From: a candidate division WOR-3 bacterium
Lineage (GTDB): Bacteria > Hydrothermota > Tepidihabitantia > SM23-42 > JAOAFX01
Direction: 5' to 3'
Assembly (NCBI GenBank): GCA_037444665.1
Contig: JBBILZ010000001.1
Location: 25,434 to 89,433 of the forward strand
Length of the DNA: 64,000 nucleotides
The notes below the pieces were generated by a model. It saw only the letters and a program-made list of their open reading frames with translations. It did not search any database and had not been told where the DNA came from. A program made the translations under genes and the position numbers. This document shows positions 9,559 to 19,670 of the stretch, in pieces (positions within the stretch are counted from its first letter, which is position 1; each line of letters begins with the position of its first letter).

Positions 9559-10926
9559 ATGATAGAAAAATTAAAATCCATGCTTTCAAAAATTGATACA
9601 GATTATGCAGACCTGCGTTATGAAATAAAAAATGAAATCAAGATTGTCCTTTCAGGTAAAGATATTGTTGAAGTGAGTTCCTGCCCGACTGACGGCTTTG
9701 TGCTCAGGGTGATAAAAAATAAATCATTCGCTTCTATTGCCTTCACAAAAACAGATGATTTTGAAAAGGCACTAAAGACTGCATTTAATAATGCAGAGGT
9801 AATGTCTAAAAACAATGGCATTGCCATTGAATTTGCGCCAGTTCCGATTGTTAAGGATTGTTTCATACCAGAATTAAAAGAAGACCCGTCTAAGATATCA
9901 ATAGAAGAAAAGATTGCATTGACCCGTCACTATAATGAAATTCCCTATCAGGTTCCAAATATAATGCATACAGATATTGCATACAATGAAGTAATCAGAG
10001 AAAAATATTTTGTCAGTTCTGAAGGCTCAGAAATATCTGAAAAACTTGTAACGACCCGCATTGCCGGTTCAATCATTAGCAGTGATGGCAAGATTATTCA
10101 AACAGTGCGTGTGGGTGTTGGTGGAAGTAATGCTTTCAATATACTACGAAACCGCGACCAGGAATTTATAAAAAAAGCAGAAATTGTCAGCAATCTATTA
10201 AAGGCAGAGCCAATCAGTGGCGGAACTTATAATGTCATTTTGAATCAGAGCCTGGGTGGAGTATTTACCCATGAAGCATTCGGACACTTCTCTGAAGCGG
10301 ATTTGATTGAAAATAATCCATCTATGCGGGAAAAAATGAAGATTGGTGCACAATTGGGTACCGAGATTCTCAATATTAAGGATGACCCTACTATTCCTGA
10401 CCAGCTCGGTCATTATAAATATGATGATGAAGGCGTGCAGGCAACACCGGTTCAGTTGCTAAAGAATGGTATACTTACAGGCAGACTCCATTCACGCCGG
10501 ACAGCAAAGGCATTTAATGAACCATTCAATGGTCATTGCGTTGCTGAAGATTATCATTTTGCACCGATAATAAGAATGGGAACAATATTTATCCAGCCTG
10601 GCAATAAATCATTTGAAGAACTACTCCAGATTTTGGGTGATGGCTTGTATCTCTGCGATGCAATGGGTGGACAGACCAGTGGCGAGAATTTTACATTTGC
10701 TGCCCAGTATGGCTATAGAGTAAAAGCAGGAAAAATTGCAGGACTCATACGCGACATAAATATTTCTGGAAATCTATACGATACCCTGAATAATATTCAG
10801 GCAATTGGCAATGATTTGAAATTAGGCGAAATTGGCGGATGTGGCAAAGGGCAGATCAATATCCGCTCTTGTTATGGTGCCCCTCATATAGTTATTAAAA
10901 ATCTCATTGTTGGAGGCGTTCAATGA
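9559..10926 (+). CDS. tldD: TldD-family metalloprotease
   Basis: 455 aa with the HExxxH motif (HEAFGHFSE). Translationally coupled to rtcB and to the following paralog. Confidence 0.75.
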   Translation: MIEKLKSMLSKIDTDYADLRYEIKNEIKIVLSGKDIVEVSSCPTDGFVLRVIKNKSFASIAFTKTDDFEKALKTAFNNAEVMSKNNGIAIEFAPVPIVKDCFIPELKEDPSKISIEEKIALTRHYNEIPYQVPNIMHTDIAYNEVIREKYFVSSEGSEISEKLVTTRIAGSIISSDGKIIQTVRVGVGGSNAFNILRNRDQEFIKKAEIVSNLLKAEPISGGTYNVILNQSLGGVFTHEAFGHFSEADLIENNPSMREKMKIGAQLGTEILNIKDDPTIPDQLGHYKYDDEGVQATPVQLLKNGILTGRLHSRRTAKAFNEPFNGHCVAEDYHFAPIIRMGTIFIQPGNKSFEELLQILGDGLYLCDAMGGQTSGENFTFAAQYGYRVKAGKIAGLIRDINISGNLYDTLNNIQAIGNDLKLGEIGGCGKGQINIRSCYGAPHIVIKNLIVGGVQ

Positions 10927-12236
10927 AAGATTTTTTATCATTGGTAAAACAGAAAGTAGACCAGGCTGAATTGTATTTTTATCAATCAACATATAATTCA
11001 ATTAACTATCAAAATGGAATACTGGATAACATTGATGCAACCATTCAGTGTGGCTACTCTTTAAGGATTATAAAAAACAATACACTCGGTTTTGCCTATA
11101 CTAAAAATCTTAATGACCCCGAATCATTGCTACAGGGTGCACTCAGTTCACTCAATGCAGGAACGAAAACCAGCCTCAGGTTCCCCTCACATCAGAATAA
11201 GAGATTACTCAATACTTATGAACCGGCAATAGAAACATTCGACTCAAAACAGGCAGCTGAAGAATGTAATCGGATTATAGAAATTCTCAAGGGAAAATTG
11301 AATACCAAAATTGATATTCATCAGGTCTACGGTACAGAAGAGATGACCATATTAAACACCAGTGGTGCTGAACTGTCAAATAAATTTTCTTATTATCTGT
11401 TTATAGGTATTGCAGTATTCCCACACACTGCAAGTGGTCTTATGTATATTCTTAAAGATAAAAAATTTTCTCCAGTGCCCGATGCTGACCTATCTGATTT
11501 TATAAATATGTACAAGCAGGCAGAGCCTGAATGTAAATTAAATAGTGGTAGAATGAAGGTTCTATTTTTACCCGATACTCTATACACCCTGCTCTGGCGT
11601 TTTGCGAGTGGAACTGCGGGCAGTAATATCTATTACAAAAAATCTCCGCTCATTAATAAAATAGGACAAAAGATATTCAGTGAGAAATTAACAATCTTAG
11701 AAGACCCGCACAATGACAATTATCCATTAGCCCGTGCCTTTGACGACGAAGGAACAGAGACACAAAAATTGTCTCTGGTTGAAAACGGAATATTAAAAAA
11801 CTTTTATTATGACCTCTTCTATGCAGATAAAATGGGAACATCATCTACTGGCAATGGCTATAAAAGTATGATGTGGGGTGGTGAAACTGCTTCATTAAAA
11901 CCTGCCCCCAGTTTGAGCCATACTGTTATTAAACCCGGTGATAAGAATTTGAAAGAATTAATAGCTACAATAGATAAAGGAATCATTGTGGCGGGTGTGC
12001 TTGGTGCACACAGCGGCAATATACCAAATGGCGATTTCTCAATAGGCGTGGAACCCTGCTTATATGTAGAAAAAGGGCAAATTTTAGGCAGGGCAAAGAA
12101 TACAATGATTGCCGGCAATATCTATGATGTAATGAAGAATGTTGTCGCAATTGAAGACAGGCTACATCAAGTACTCGCAGCAGGCAAAGCCTTACCCTCT
12201 ATACTTTTTGATGAAATAATGGTGGTGAGTGCATAA
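10923..12236 (+). CDS. pmbA: PmbA/TldE-family protein (TldD partner)
   Basis: 437 aa paralog lacking HExxxH. Its start overlaps the tldD stop by 4 nt. Confidence 0.7.
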   Translation: MKDFLSLVKQKVDQAELYFYQSTYNSINYQNGILDNIDATIQCGYSLRIIKNNTLGFAYTKNLNDPESLLQGALSSLNAGTKTSLRFPSHQNKRLLNTYEPAIETFDSKQAAEECNRIIEILKGKLNTKIDIHQVYGTEEMTILNTSGAELSNKFSYYLFIGIAVFPHTASGLMYILKDKKFSPVPDADLSDFINMYKQAEPECKLNSGRMKVLFLPDTLYTLLWRFASGTAGSNIYYKKSPLINKIGQKIFSEKLTILEDPHNDNYPLARAFDDEGTETQKLSLVENGILKNFYYDLFYADKMGTSSTGNGYKSMMWGGETASLKPAPSLSHTVIKPGDKNLKELIATIDKGIIVAGVLGAHSGNIPNGDFSIGVEPCLYVEKGQILGRAKNTMIAGNIYDVMKNVVAIEDRLHQVLAAGKALPSILFDEIMVVSA

Positions 12237-12279
12237 AAACTAAATAATTAAATCTTGTAGTATTAGTGGTTCAAATTTT

Positions 12280-14049
12280 ATGGGCAGGATAAAAGAAAAG
12301 ATTGAACAGGCACCAGTAATGCCCGGTGTCTACATTTTCAAAAATTCAAAAAATAAACCAATTTATATTGGCAAGGCAGGCAATTTAAGGAACCGACTCA
12401 TTTCCTACCTTAATAATCCTGACCCACGTATAAAATCAATTATCAAATATGCTTGCGATATTGATACAATCATCACGAATTCTGATACTGAGGCATTGAC
12501 CCTTGAAGAATCACTGATCAAACTACACAGACCAAAATACAATATTCGTTTGAAAGATGATAAAAAATTTCCCTATTTGAAGATAACAATTCAAGAAGAA
12601 TTTCCAAGAATCTTTTTTACAAGAAATTTAAAAGCAGATGGCTCAATTATTTTTGGACCCTATACCAGCGCAAAAGCATTGCGCCAGACCCGGGATGCAC
12701 TTTGCAAGATATTCAAACTTGCTTCCTGCAGTAAAGATTTTTCCCGCACCCTTATCCGACCCTGTCTTGCTTATTCAATTGGTAGATGCAGTGCACCCTG
12801 TGTCCGTAATATTAGCCAGGAAGATTACCGACATCTTGTGCAAAAGGCAATAAGGTTTTTAAAGGGTGAGTCTGATGAGTTGACCAGAGAAGTTGAACGG
12901 TTAATGTGGGAACAGGCGAAAAAAGAAAATTTTGAAGGAGCAAAGATTTTAAGGGATGAACTCTTTGCCCTACGGAAAATCTCTCAGCGTCAGCAAATCG
13001 TTATCAGGGATAATATCAATCGCGATATAATTGGGATAGCCCGTAGCGGTTTCATTTGTATTGCCTGTCTTTTCAGGATTAGAGAGAACCGTTTACACTC
13101 AAAAGAAATTTATCATCTTAAAATAACACCCTCTGATACTGATGAAAATATTATTGCTTCATTTATCCGTTTAGTCTATACCCACATCTCATTTCTACCT
13201 GATGAGATTGTCGTCTCCAAATTGCCCAGTGATTGGGATATTCAAAAAAAATGGTTCAAAGAAAAGGGTTTTGATGTAAAGATAAGGGTTCCCGCTACTG
13301 AAGAGGTTAAGAATCTCTTTAACTGGGCAGTCAAGAATGCAGAGACCGAACTCGCAGGGCTGGTCATAAAAAAGAAAACTCCTACTCCTATCCTTGAATT
13401 ACAGAATATCTTGAAACTTGAAAAACCGCCCAGATGGATTGAGGCATTTGATATTTCAAATCTGAAAGAAAAATTTGCAGTTGGTGCTTCTGTCTCATTC
13501 TATGATGGCAGACCCAATAAACAGAGATATCGTCGGTATAGAATAAAACGAGTCTCGGGCCAGAACGATTTTGCAATGATAAAGGAAATTGTTGGCCGGC
13601 GCATTACTGATTTAAAAAAATCCGGTAAATTACCCGACCTTTTGTTGATTGATGGTGGTAAGGCACAGCAAAATGCAGCACTTGAATCAATAAAAGAGAT
13701 TGATTTACCCATTGCGGTATTTGCCATTGCCAAACGAAGTGACCAGCTCTATTATCCTGATGGAAAGGTTGTGTCAATTCCAGCACTATCAAGGAGTGTA
13801 GTATTACTGAAAAGGATCAGGGATGAGGCACACCGTTTTGCCATTGGTTACCATAGAAAATTAAGGGAAAAGACTATCACCAGTTCCATTCTTGATAAGA
13901 TTCCGGGCATCGGTACGAAAAGAAAGTTAACTCTGTTAAAATACTTTGGCAGTGTAGAAAATCTAAAAAAATCATCAGAAGATGAGATCGCCAGAGTGCC
14001 TGGTATTGGTAGAAAGACCGCGAAAATTATTTACGAAACATTGCATTAG
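12280..14049 (+). CDS. uvrC: excinuclease ABC subunit C
   Basis: 589 aa. N-terminal GIY-YIG domain (GVYIFKN...IYIGKAGNLRNR), a UVR domain and a C-terminal HhH. Confidence 0.9.
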   Translation: MGRIKEKIEQAPVMPGVYIFKNSKNKPIYIGKAGNLRNRLISYLNNPDPRIKSIIKYACDIDTIITNSDTEALTLEESLIKLHRPKYNIRLKDDKKFPYLKITIQEEFPRIFFTRNLKADGSIIFGPYTSAKALRQTRDALCKIFKLASCSKDFSRTLIRPCLAYSIGRCSAPCVRNISQEDYRHLVQKAIRFLKGESDELTREVERLMWEQAKKENFEGAKILRDELFALRKISQRQQIVIRDNINRDIIGIARSGFICIACLFRIRENRLHSKEIYHLKITPSDTDENIIASFIRLVYTHISFLPDEIVVSKLPSDWDIQKKWFKEKGFDVKIRVPATEEVKNLFNWAVKNAETELAGLVIKKKTPTPILELQNILKLEKPPRWIEAFDISNLKEKFAVGASVSFYDGRPNKQRYRRYRIKRVSGQNDFAMIKEIVGRRITDLKKSGKLPDLLLIDGGKAQQNAALESIKEIDLPIAVFAIAKRSDQLYYPDGKVVSIPALSRSVVLLKRIRDEAHRFAIGYHRKLREKTITSSILDKIPGIGTKRKLTLLKYFGSVENLKKSSEDEIARVPGIGRKTAKIIYETLH

Positions 14050-14067
14050 AAATAATTAGAAATTTCA

Positions 14068-14664
14068 TCAAAATCTACCGAATTTAAAGGTCAGATGGCA
14101 CGCTCCATTGCTTAATGCTTTATCACTGATACCATCAAGGTCAGTGCCATAGATATAGCGATATGAACCACCAAGGTCAATACGAAAACATCTTGTAACA
14201 TTTAAGGTCAATTCAGCACCGGGTTCAAATACAAAAACAGCATCGTCATACCAGGGTTCAAAATAATCCGTGCGGTAACATATATCACCTCCACCGATTA
14301 ATGAACTGATGCCAAAGTGAATCATCCTGCGTGAGCCAAATATCCATTCTAAGATCAAACCTCCATAACCAAAATCCATATAATAATCCCTTAATGGATA
14401 ATCTGTATGCACCACGACCCTGTTCACAAGGCCATATCCACCACCACCAATGGCAAATGTATGATTCAAAACGATTGCTCCACGACCACCAAAAAAACAA
14501 GCAAAATCATTATTCAGTTCAGTAAATTTTATGACCGGACCACCAAATATGCCTTTCTCTACAGGACCCTTAATTAGAACCTCGTCCTGTTTCTCTCTGG
14601 GCACAATCTCAACCGCACCAAACCCATAATAATTGAGCAATATAAATCCCAATATCAGATTCAT
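14068..14664 (-). CDS. putative outer-membrane beta-barrel protein (hypothetical)
   Basis: 198 aa with a signal peptide, Gly/aromatic-rich beta pattern and a C-terminal ...FKFGRF ending in Phe. Strong AAAGGAGG ribosome-binding site. Confidence 0.5.
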   Translation of the reverse strand: MNLILGFILLNYYGFGAVEIVPREKQDEVLIKGPVEKGIFGGPVIKFTELNNDFACFFGGRGAIVLNHTFAIGGGGYGLVNRVVVHTDYPLRDYYMDFGYGGLILEWIFGSRRMIHFGISSLIGGGDICYRTDYFEPWYDDAVFVFEPGAELTLNVTRCFRIDLGGSYRYIYGTDLDGISDKALSNGACHLTFKFGRF

Positions 14665-14775
14665 TATACCTCCTTTTAAGGTTAAATCCTACCATAATAA
14701 AAGGCAAAATCTGTGCCAGTCTTTTACTTGAAATTTCGTGCTAAAGTATGGTGCAGTTGTTCAAAAATTGTAATA

Positions 14776-14794
14776 TCTGCACAATTTTTGTGCA
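14776..14794. promoter_or_regulatory. candidate operator: 17-nt perfect palindrome TGCACAATTTTTGTGCA (18/19 nt with flanks) inside the -35/-10 spacer of the 14664 gene
   Basis: Seen in sequence. The core is identical to the 19-nt palindrome ATGCACAATTTTTGTGCAT at 35815..35833. On the minus strand it sits between TTGATG (-35-like) and TATTAC (-10-like), 17 nt apart. Confidence 0.45.
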
Positions 14795-14831
14795 TCAAAA
14801 TATTTGGTTGACAAAATATGTGGAAAAATTG

Positions 14832-15887
14832 TTAATTACTCTTTGGACTAAGGCGCTTGCGTATAAATTCTGCCCTTTTTACATCCCGCTCCTGTTCCTC
14901 AAGAATTTCGCCATAGAATAATTGAATATTCCCTGGCCTCGTGATAAGCATTATCTCATTAACCGTCTCTATATCAATATCTTTTATCAATCCTAATCCT
15001 ATACCCAACCTGACTGCAGAAAGAAGATTCAGAACCTCATCACTATTGATTAACCTTGCTGAACGGAGTATAGCAACACTGCGATATATCTTGTCCTCAA
15101 GTTCATTCTTTGCCCGACTCATTATCACATCCCTTGCCTTTTTTTCAACATCAATCAACATCCGTGCAAATTTATTTATCTTTTCAATCAATTCATCTTC
15201 TTTGAATCCAAGCGTATGTTGATTTGATATCTGAAACAGGTTGCCTTTTATTTCGCTTCCCTCACCATATATCCCGCGGACCATCATACCAAGATTTAGG
15301 GTGCTCTTTAATATCTTGTCAATCTCATTGGTATACACGAGTCCGGGAAGATGGAATAATACTGACGCCCTCAAGCCAGTGCCAAGATTTGTTGGGCAGG
15401 AAGTGATAAAACCATAATTATCATTAAATGCATAACCCAATTCCATGCCCAGAATCTCTTCAACTTCGTATACCTCACTGGCAAGATTTGTCAGATTCAA
15501 ACCACAGGATAGACCCTGAATCCTCAAATGGTCTTCTTCATTAACCATTATGGTAATATTCCCTTTTTCACTGATAAAAACTGCGGTTGGCTGTTCCTTT
15601 TTAATAATTGCTGGTGAAATGAGGTGTGATTCAAAAAGGGATTCTCGTTCCAGACCTTTGATATTCTTTATCAATAGATACTTTCCTTTTAAATTCATCT
15701 CTATTGCTGAACCAACAATCTGAACAAGTTTCTCTGCATCTGCTTGTTTCAATTTGATTTCAAAATGCATTCCTTCAATATTTCTTGCCACCCTGATGCG
15801 TGTGGAAACAACAATCTCATTCTCTTCACACTGCCTGCTCAGTTCAGGAGAAACCAACCACTTTATGTTATCAAACATTTTCCACAC
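14832..15887 (-). CDS. mcsB: protein-arginine kinase McsB
   Basis: 351 aa. Phosphagen-kinase signature CPTNLGTGLRASV and a C-terminal dimerisation region. Confidence 0.8.
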   Translation of the reverse strand: MWKMFDNIKWLVSPELSRQCEENEIVVSTRIRVARNIEGMHFEIKLKQADAEKLVQIVGSAIEMNLKGKYLLIKNIKGLERESLFESHLISPAIIKKEQPTAVFISEKGNITIMVNEEDHLRIQGLSCGLNLTNLASEVYEVEEILGMELGYAFNDNYGFITSCPTNLGTGLRASVLFHLPGLVYTNEIDKILKSTLNLGMMVRGIYGEGSEIKGNLFQISNQHTLGFKEDELIEKINKFARMLIDVEKKARDVIMSRAKNELEDKIYRSVAILRSARLINSDEVLNLLSAVRLGIGLGLIKDIDIETVNEIMLITRPGNIQLFYGEILEEQERDVKRAEFIRKRLSPKSN

Positions 15888-16344
15888 CCAGTGTTTTCAA
15901 TTTATCCCTTATCTGTGCTGCGTCTTCGTAGGCTTCTTTCTCAAGGGCACGGCGCAATTCTTCACGTAGTCTAAAGATTTCAATTGCCCGGCGACCACCA
16001 GTCTTTGCCCTTTTACCAATATGTTTCTCACTCTCCTGCACTTCCTTTATCAATGCCTTGATATACGGCTCAAAAACTGAGAGGCAATTACTGCATCCAA
16101 ACCTACCTATTTTCTTGAATTCAGCAAGACTTAAACAACAGACCGAACAGATCACCCTGTCATCATCATGGCTTATTTTCTCTGATATCTTATGGAGCAG
16201 TTCAATGGGCGATGGTTTCTTATCATTCAATAAATTTCTTTTGCGCGCACACTCCTCACACAGATGGAGTATATTTTCTTGATCGCCGACGACATTCTTA
16301 AAAAAATGTTTCGCAGGCTTTTGCTTGCAATCATCACATAGCAT
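15871..16344 (-). CDS. mcsA: McsA-like activator of McsB (zinc fingers plus UVR domain)
   Basis: 157 aa. Two CxxC pairs (CDDC...CEEC and CSVC...CSNC) and a C-terminal UVR motif EAYEDAAQIRDKLK. Overlaps mcsB. Confidence 0.7.
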   Translation of the reverse strand: MLCDDCKQKPAKHFFKNVVGDQENILHLCEECARKRNLLNDKKPSPIELLHKISEKISHDDDRVICSVCCLSLAEFKKIGRFGCSNCLSVFEPYIKALIKEVQESEKHIGKRAKTGGRRAIEIFRLREELRRALEKEAYEDAAQIRDKLKTLGVENV

Positions 16345-17023
16345 ATAACCTTCCTTCTTTTAAATTATAAACAACATCACCTAATTTGGCAATATCCATT
16401 GCATGGGTCACCAGAATAATTGTCCTTCCTTCATCTTTTAGATGGAGCAACATCTCCATTAGTTTATTTTTATTCTCATAATCAAGATTACCGGTCGGCT
16501 CATCTGCAAGAATCAATAAAGGATTATTGATCAATGCACGGGCAATAGCAACCCTTTGCCTCTCACCCCCGGACAATTCATCAGGAAATCTATTTTTTTT
16601 ATCACTGATACCCAGTCGCTCCAGAATTCCCAATGCCTGCTCATTCATTTCCTTAACCTTTGCACCATTTAAAATTGCGGGAACTATTACATTCTCCAGC
16701 ACAGTAAAATCAGGTAATAGATGGTGAAATTGAAAAACAAAACCAATATATTTATTTCTAATCCGGGAAAGAGCCCGGTCATCATTGGCAAACAGGTCAA
16801 CCTCATTGAACCAGACCCTTCCTTTTGTGGGTTGGTCAAGGCTACCCAGAATATTCAACAGTGTTGATTTACCGCTGCCTGATGGTCCAAATATTACGAC
16901 AAATTGGCCTTTTACTACTTTCAAATCAATACCCCTCAGAACATTTATTGTTTCGTTCTTTAAATAATATGTTTTTTCAATATGTTCTGCAATCAGTAAT
17001 TCACTCATTGCGTAATGCCTCAA
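16334..17023 (-). CDS. lolD: ABC transporter ATP-binding protein, LolD/MacB-type
   Basis: 229 aa with Walker [10 protein letters not shown], signature LSGGERQR and Walker B LILADEPT. Paired with an FtsX-family permease. Confidence 0.7.
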   Translation of the reverse strand: MRHYAMSELLIAEHIEKTYYLKNETINVLRGIDLKVVKGQFVVIFGPSGSGKSTLLNILGSLDQPTKGRVWFNEVDLFANDDRALSRIRNKYIGFVFQFHHLLPDFTVLENVIVPAILNGAKVKEMNEQALGILERLGISDKKNRFPDELSGGERQRVAIARALINNPLLILADEPTGNLDYENKNKLMEMLLHLKDEGRTIILVTHAMDIAKLGDVVYNLKEGRLYAM

Positions 17024-18200
17024 CCGTTACTAACCGCGCCGCACGAAATGCGGGATAGATTGTAGCAAAGAAACTTGTCACTATTGCTGCAATCGCTACT
17101 GCAATAAAATCATTGAGCGACATCTCTACAGGCAGGGTCTGAATAAAATAGACATCACCTGGCAGATTTACAAATTGATATTTATTTAATAGTATGCATG
17201 CGATAAGAGAAAAAGCAATACCCAGTAATGTTCCGATAATACCCATTATGCTCCCCACAAAAATAAATATCCTCATTATCTGATTTGTAGTAAAACCATA
17301 AGAACGTAGAATACCAATCTCTTTTGTCTTCTTCTTTACGATATTAACAAGGGTTCCAATGATATTAAATCCTGCGACAATGATGATTAAAGTCAGAACA
17401 ATAAATGTCACGATCTTTTCCAATTTTAATGCCGCAAATACTGAATGATTTGATTCTATCCAGTCCTGAACCCGAAATGGATAGCCAATCCTTTCTTCAA
17501 TAAGTTTAGCATAATAAGGTGTTTTATACACATCATCAACCTTTAGTTCTATTGCACTCACTGCATTACCAATTTCAAAAAGTGCCTGCACATCCTTGAT
17601 ATTCATATAAACAATCGTTGCGTTGTAATCATAGACACCCAGGTCAAAGATTCCTTTAAGCACAAGCCTCTTTGCGCGGGGCAGGAGCCCAATCTGTTCA
17701 GTAAATGGAGATGTAACAATAAGTGTATCACCAACACCAGTCTTTAGATTGCGTGCCAGTTCAATGCCAATCACACAACCATCTTCAAGGTCAAAAACAC
17801 CATCAATCATATGTTCATTAACTTCCGTAATCTTTTTTTCAAGTTCTACATCAACACCCCTTATCACCACACCATCAGCATTCTTTTTATTTCGGATCAA
17901 AGATTTGGTTATGATAAATGGCGCCTTCGCCTTAATGAATGGCAGCCCCTCAAGTTTATCCATAACCTGTTGATAGTTTTCCAGTGGTTCATTGAAAAAG
18001 CGACGCACAATTATATGGGGTGTTCCACCAAGAATTCTCCGCCGTAACTCATTCTGGAAACCATTCATTATTGATAGGGTGATGAGCAATGCGCTCACTC
18101 CGACAAAGATACCACCAATAGCAATGGCAGCAGATAGCGAGAAAAATCTCCGGTGCCGTGAACGGAGATACCTTCTGGCAATAAAAAGTTCAACGAACAT
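17001..18200 (-). CDS. lipoprotein-release-type ABC permease (LolC/E-like, FtsX family)
   Basis: 399 aa. N-terminal TM helix, a periplasmic MacB_PCD-like domain and three C-terminal TM helices. Confidence 0.65.
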   Translation of the reverse strand: MFVELFIARRYLRSRHRRFFSLSAAIAIGGIFVGVSALLITLSIMNGFQNELRRRILGGTPHIIVRRFFNEPLENYQQVMDKLEGLPFIKAKAPFIITKSLIRNKKNADGVVIRGVDVELEKKITEVNEHMIDGVFDLEDGCVIGIELARNLKTGVGDTLIVTSPFTEQIGLLPRAKRLVLKGIFDLGVYDYNATIVYMNIKDVQALFEIGNAVSAIELKVDDVYKTPYYAKLIEERIGYPFRVQDWIESNHSVFAALKLEKIVTFIVLTLIIIVAGFNIIGTLVNIVKKKTKEIGILRSYGFTTNQIMRIFIFVGSIMGIIGTLLGIAFSLIACILLNKYQFVNLPGDVYFIQTLPVEMSLNDFIAVAIAAIVTSFFATIYPAFRAARLVTVEALRNE

Positions 18201-19623
18201 CTTCCTTCCTCATCTGGGGAAAGAGAATCACATCACGAATTGATGGTTGGTTAAGAAGTATCATACATAAGCGGTCAACACCGATTCCCAGACCACCTGT
18301 GGGCGGCATCCCATATTCTAATGCCTCAAGAAAATCTTCATCAATCTCACCAATTCCTTCTTCTTTCTGGGCAAGTTGCTGCTCAAATCTCCTGCGTTGT
18401 TCAATCGGGTCATTCAATTCAGAAAAGGCATTCGCAACTTCCAGACCAAAAATAATTAATTCAAACCTTTCAACCAGTAATGGATTGTCACGATGTTCTT
18501 TCGCCAGGGGCGAGATAACTTTTGGATAATCAATAACAAATGTCGGCTCAATTAAAGATTTCTGAACAAGTTCACTAAAGAGTTTATCAATCTTATAGCC
18601 CATGGTTTGATTCTCGGTCTTTATCCCATACTTCTCGCATATACCATTCAATTCTTTTTCTGTTATCTTTATAATGTCCACACCCAAATTTTTATTGAGT
18701 GCCTCAGTATATTTTATTTTTTTAAATGGCACATTTATAGTAATATCTTTATCCTGAAATATAATTTTATTATCAGGATAGAGATTTTTAACCAGATATG
18801 AAATCAAATTTTCCACCAGTTCCATTATTCCCTGATAATCAGTATATGCCTGATATGCCTCAATCATTGTAAATTCTGGATTATGGAAGCGGTCCAGCCC
18901 TTCATTACGAAAATCCTTGCAAAGTTCCCAGACCTTTTCATAACCACCAACAATCAATCTCTTTAAATACAATTCATCAGCAATACGCAGATACATCTCC
19001 TGGTCAAGTGCATTATAAAAGGTCTTAAATGGTCTTGCTGCTGCACCTCCGTATATCGGCTGTAATACCGGAGTTTCAACTTCAAGAAAACCCTGCCCAT
19101 TAAAAAAATTGCGCAGATGGGAAATGAGCATTGAGCGCCTTTTAAATACCTCTCTTACCTCTTGATTAGCAATCAGGTCAAGATACCTCTTGCGATAACG
19201 AATTTCTATATCTTTCAGACCATGCCATTTCTCAGGCAGTGGCTTCAAGGATTTTGAAAGCAGAACAAATTTTTCTACAAGGATCGTGATCTCCCCGGTC
19301 TTGGTCTTGAACACCTTTCCCTGAACACCAATAAAATCACCAATATCAAAATTTTCAAAAAGTTTAAAATTCTCGCCGAGTTCTTGTTGCCGCAGATAAA
19401 TCTGGAGTCTTTCGTTCTCGTCTTGCAATGTTGCAAATATGGTCTTGCCATGGCTCCTTATCGCTATGATCCTACCGGCGGTGCTGACCTCGGTCTGGGC
19501 ATTACTCAATTCTTCAAATTTTTCTTTTATCTGGACAAAGTTATGGCTCCGATCAAATCTATACGGATAGGGATTAATCTGGAAATCCCGTAATCTTTTA
19601 AGTTTGTTTAGTCTCTCTTCCAT
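18190..19623 (-). CDS. lysS: lysine--tRNA ligase (class II)
   Basis: 477 aa. N-terminal OB fold, class II motifs 1-3 and a LysS-type C-terminus (GIGVDRLCMIL). Confidence 0.9.
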   Translation of the reverse strand: MEERLNKLKRLRDFQINPYPYRFDRSHNFVQIKEKFEELSNAQTEVSTAGRIIAIRSHGKTIFATLQDENERLQIYLRQQELGENFKLFENFDIGDFIGVQGKVFKTKTGEITILVEKFVLLSKSLKPLPEKWHGLKDIEIRYRKRYLDLIANQEVREVFKRRSMLISHLRNFFNGQGFLEVETPVLQPIYGGAAARPFKTFYNALDQEMYLRIADELYLKRLIVGGYEKVWELCKDFRNEGLDRFHNPEFTMIEAYQAYTDYQGIMELVENLISYLVKNLYPDNKIIFQDKDITINVPFKKIKYTEALNKNLGVDIIKITEKELNGICEKYGIKTENQTMGYKIDKLFSELVQKSLIEPTFVIDYPKVISPLAKEHRDNPLLVERFELIIFGLEVANAFSELNDPIEQRRRFEQQLAQKEEGIGEIDEDFLEALEYGMPPTGGLGIGVDRLCMILLNQPSIRDVILFPQMRKEDVR

Positions 19624-19670
19624 AAAGAATAATACACCAAACTATTGAAAAGTCAACTGCTGAAGTAAAA

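Noticed and set aside
9078-9581. 167-aa minus-strand ORF inside rtcB
   Set aside because: It is antisense to the highly conserved RtcB. The translation is Leu/His/Pro-rich nonsense.
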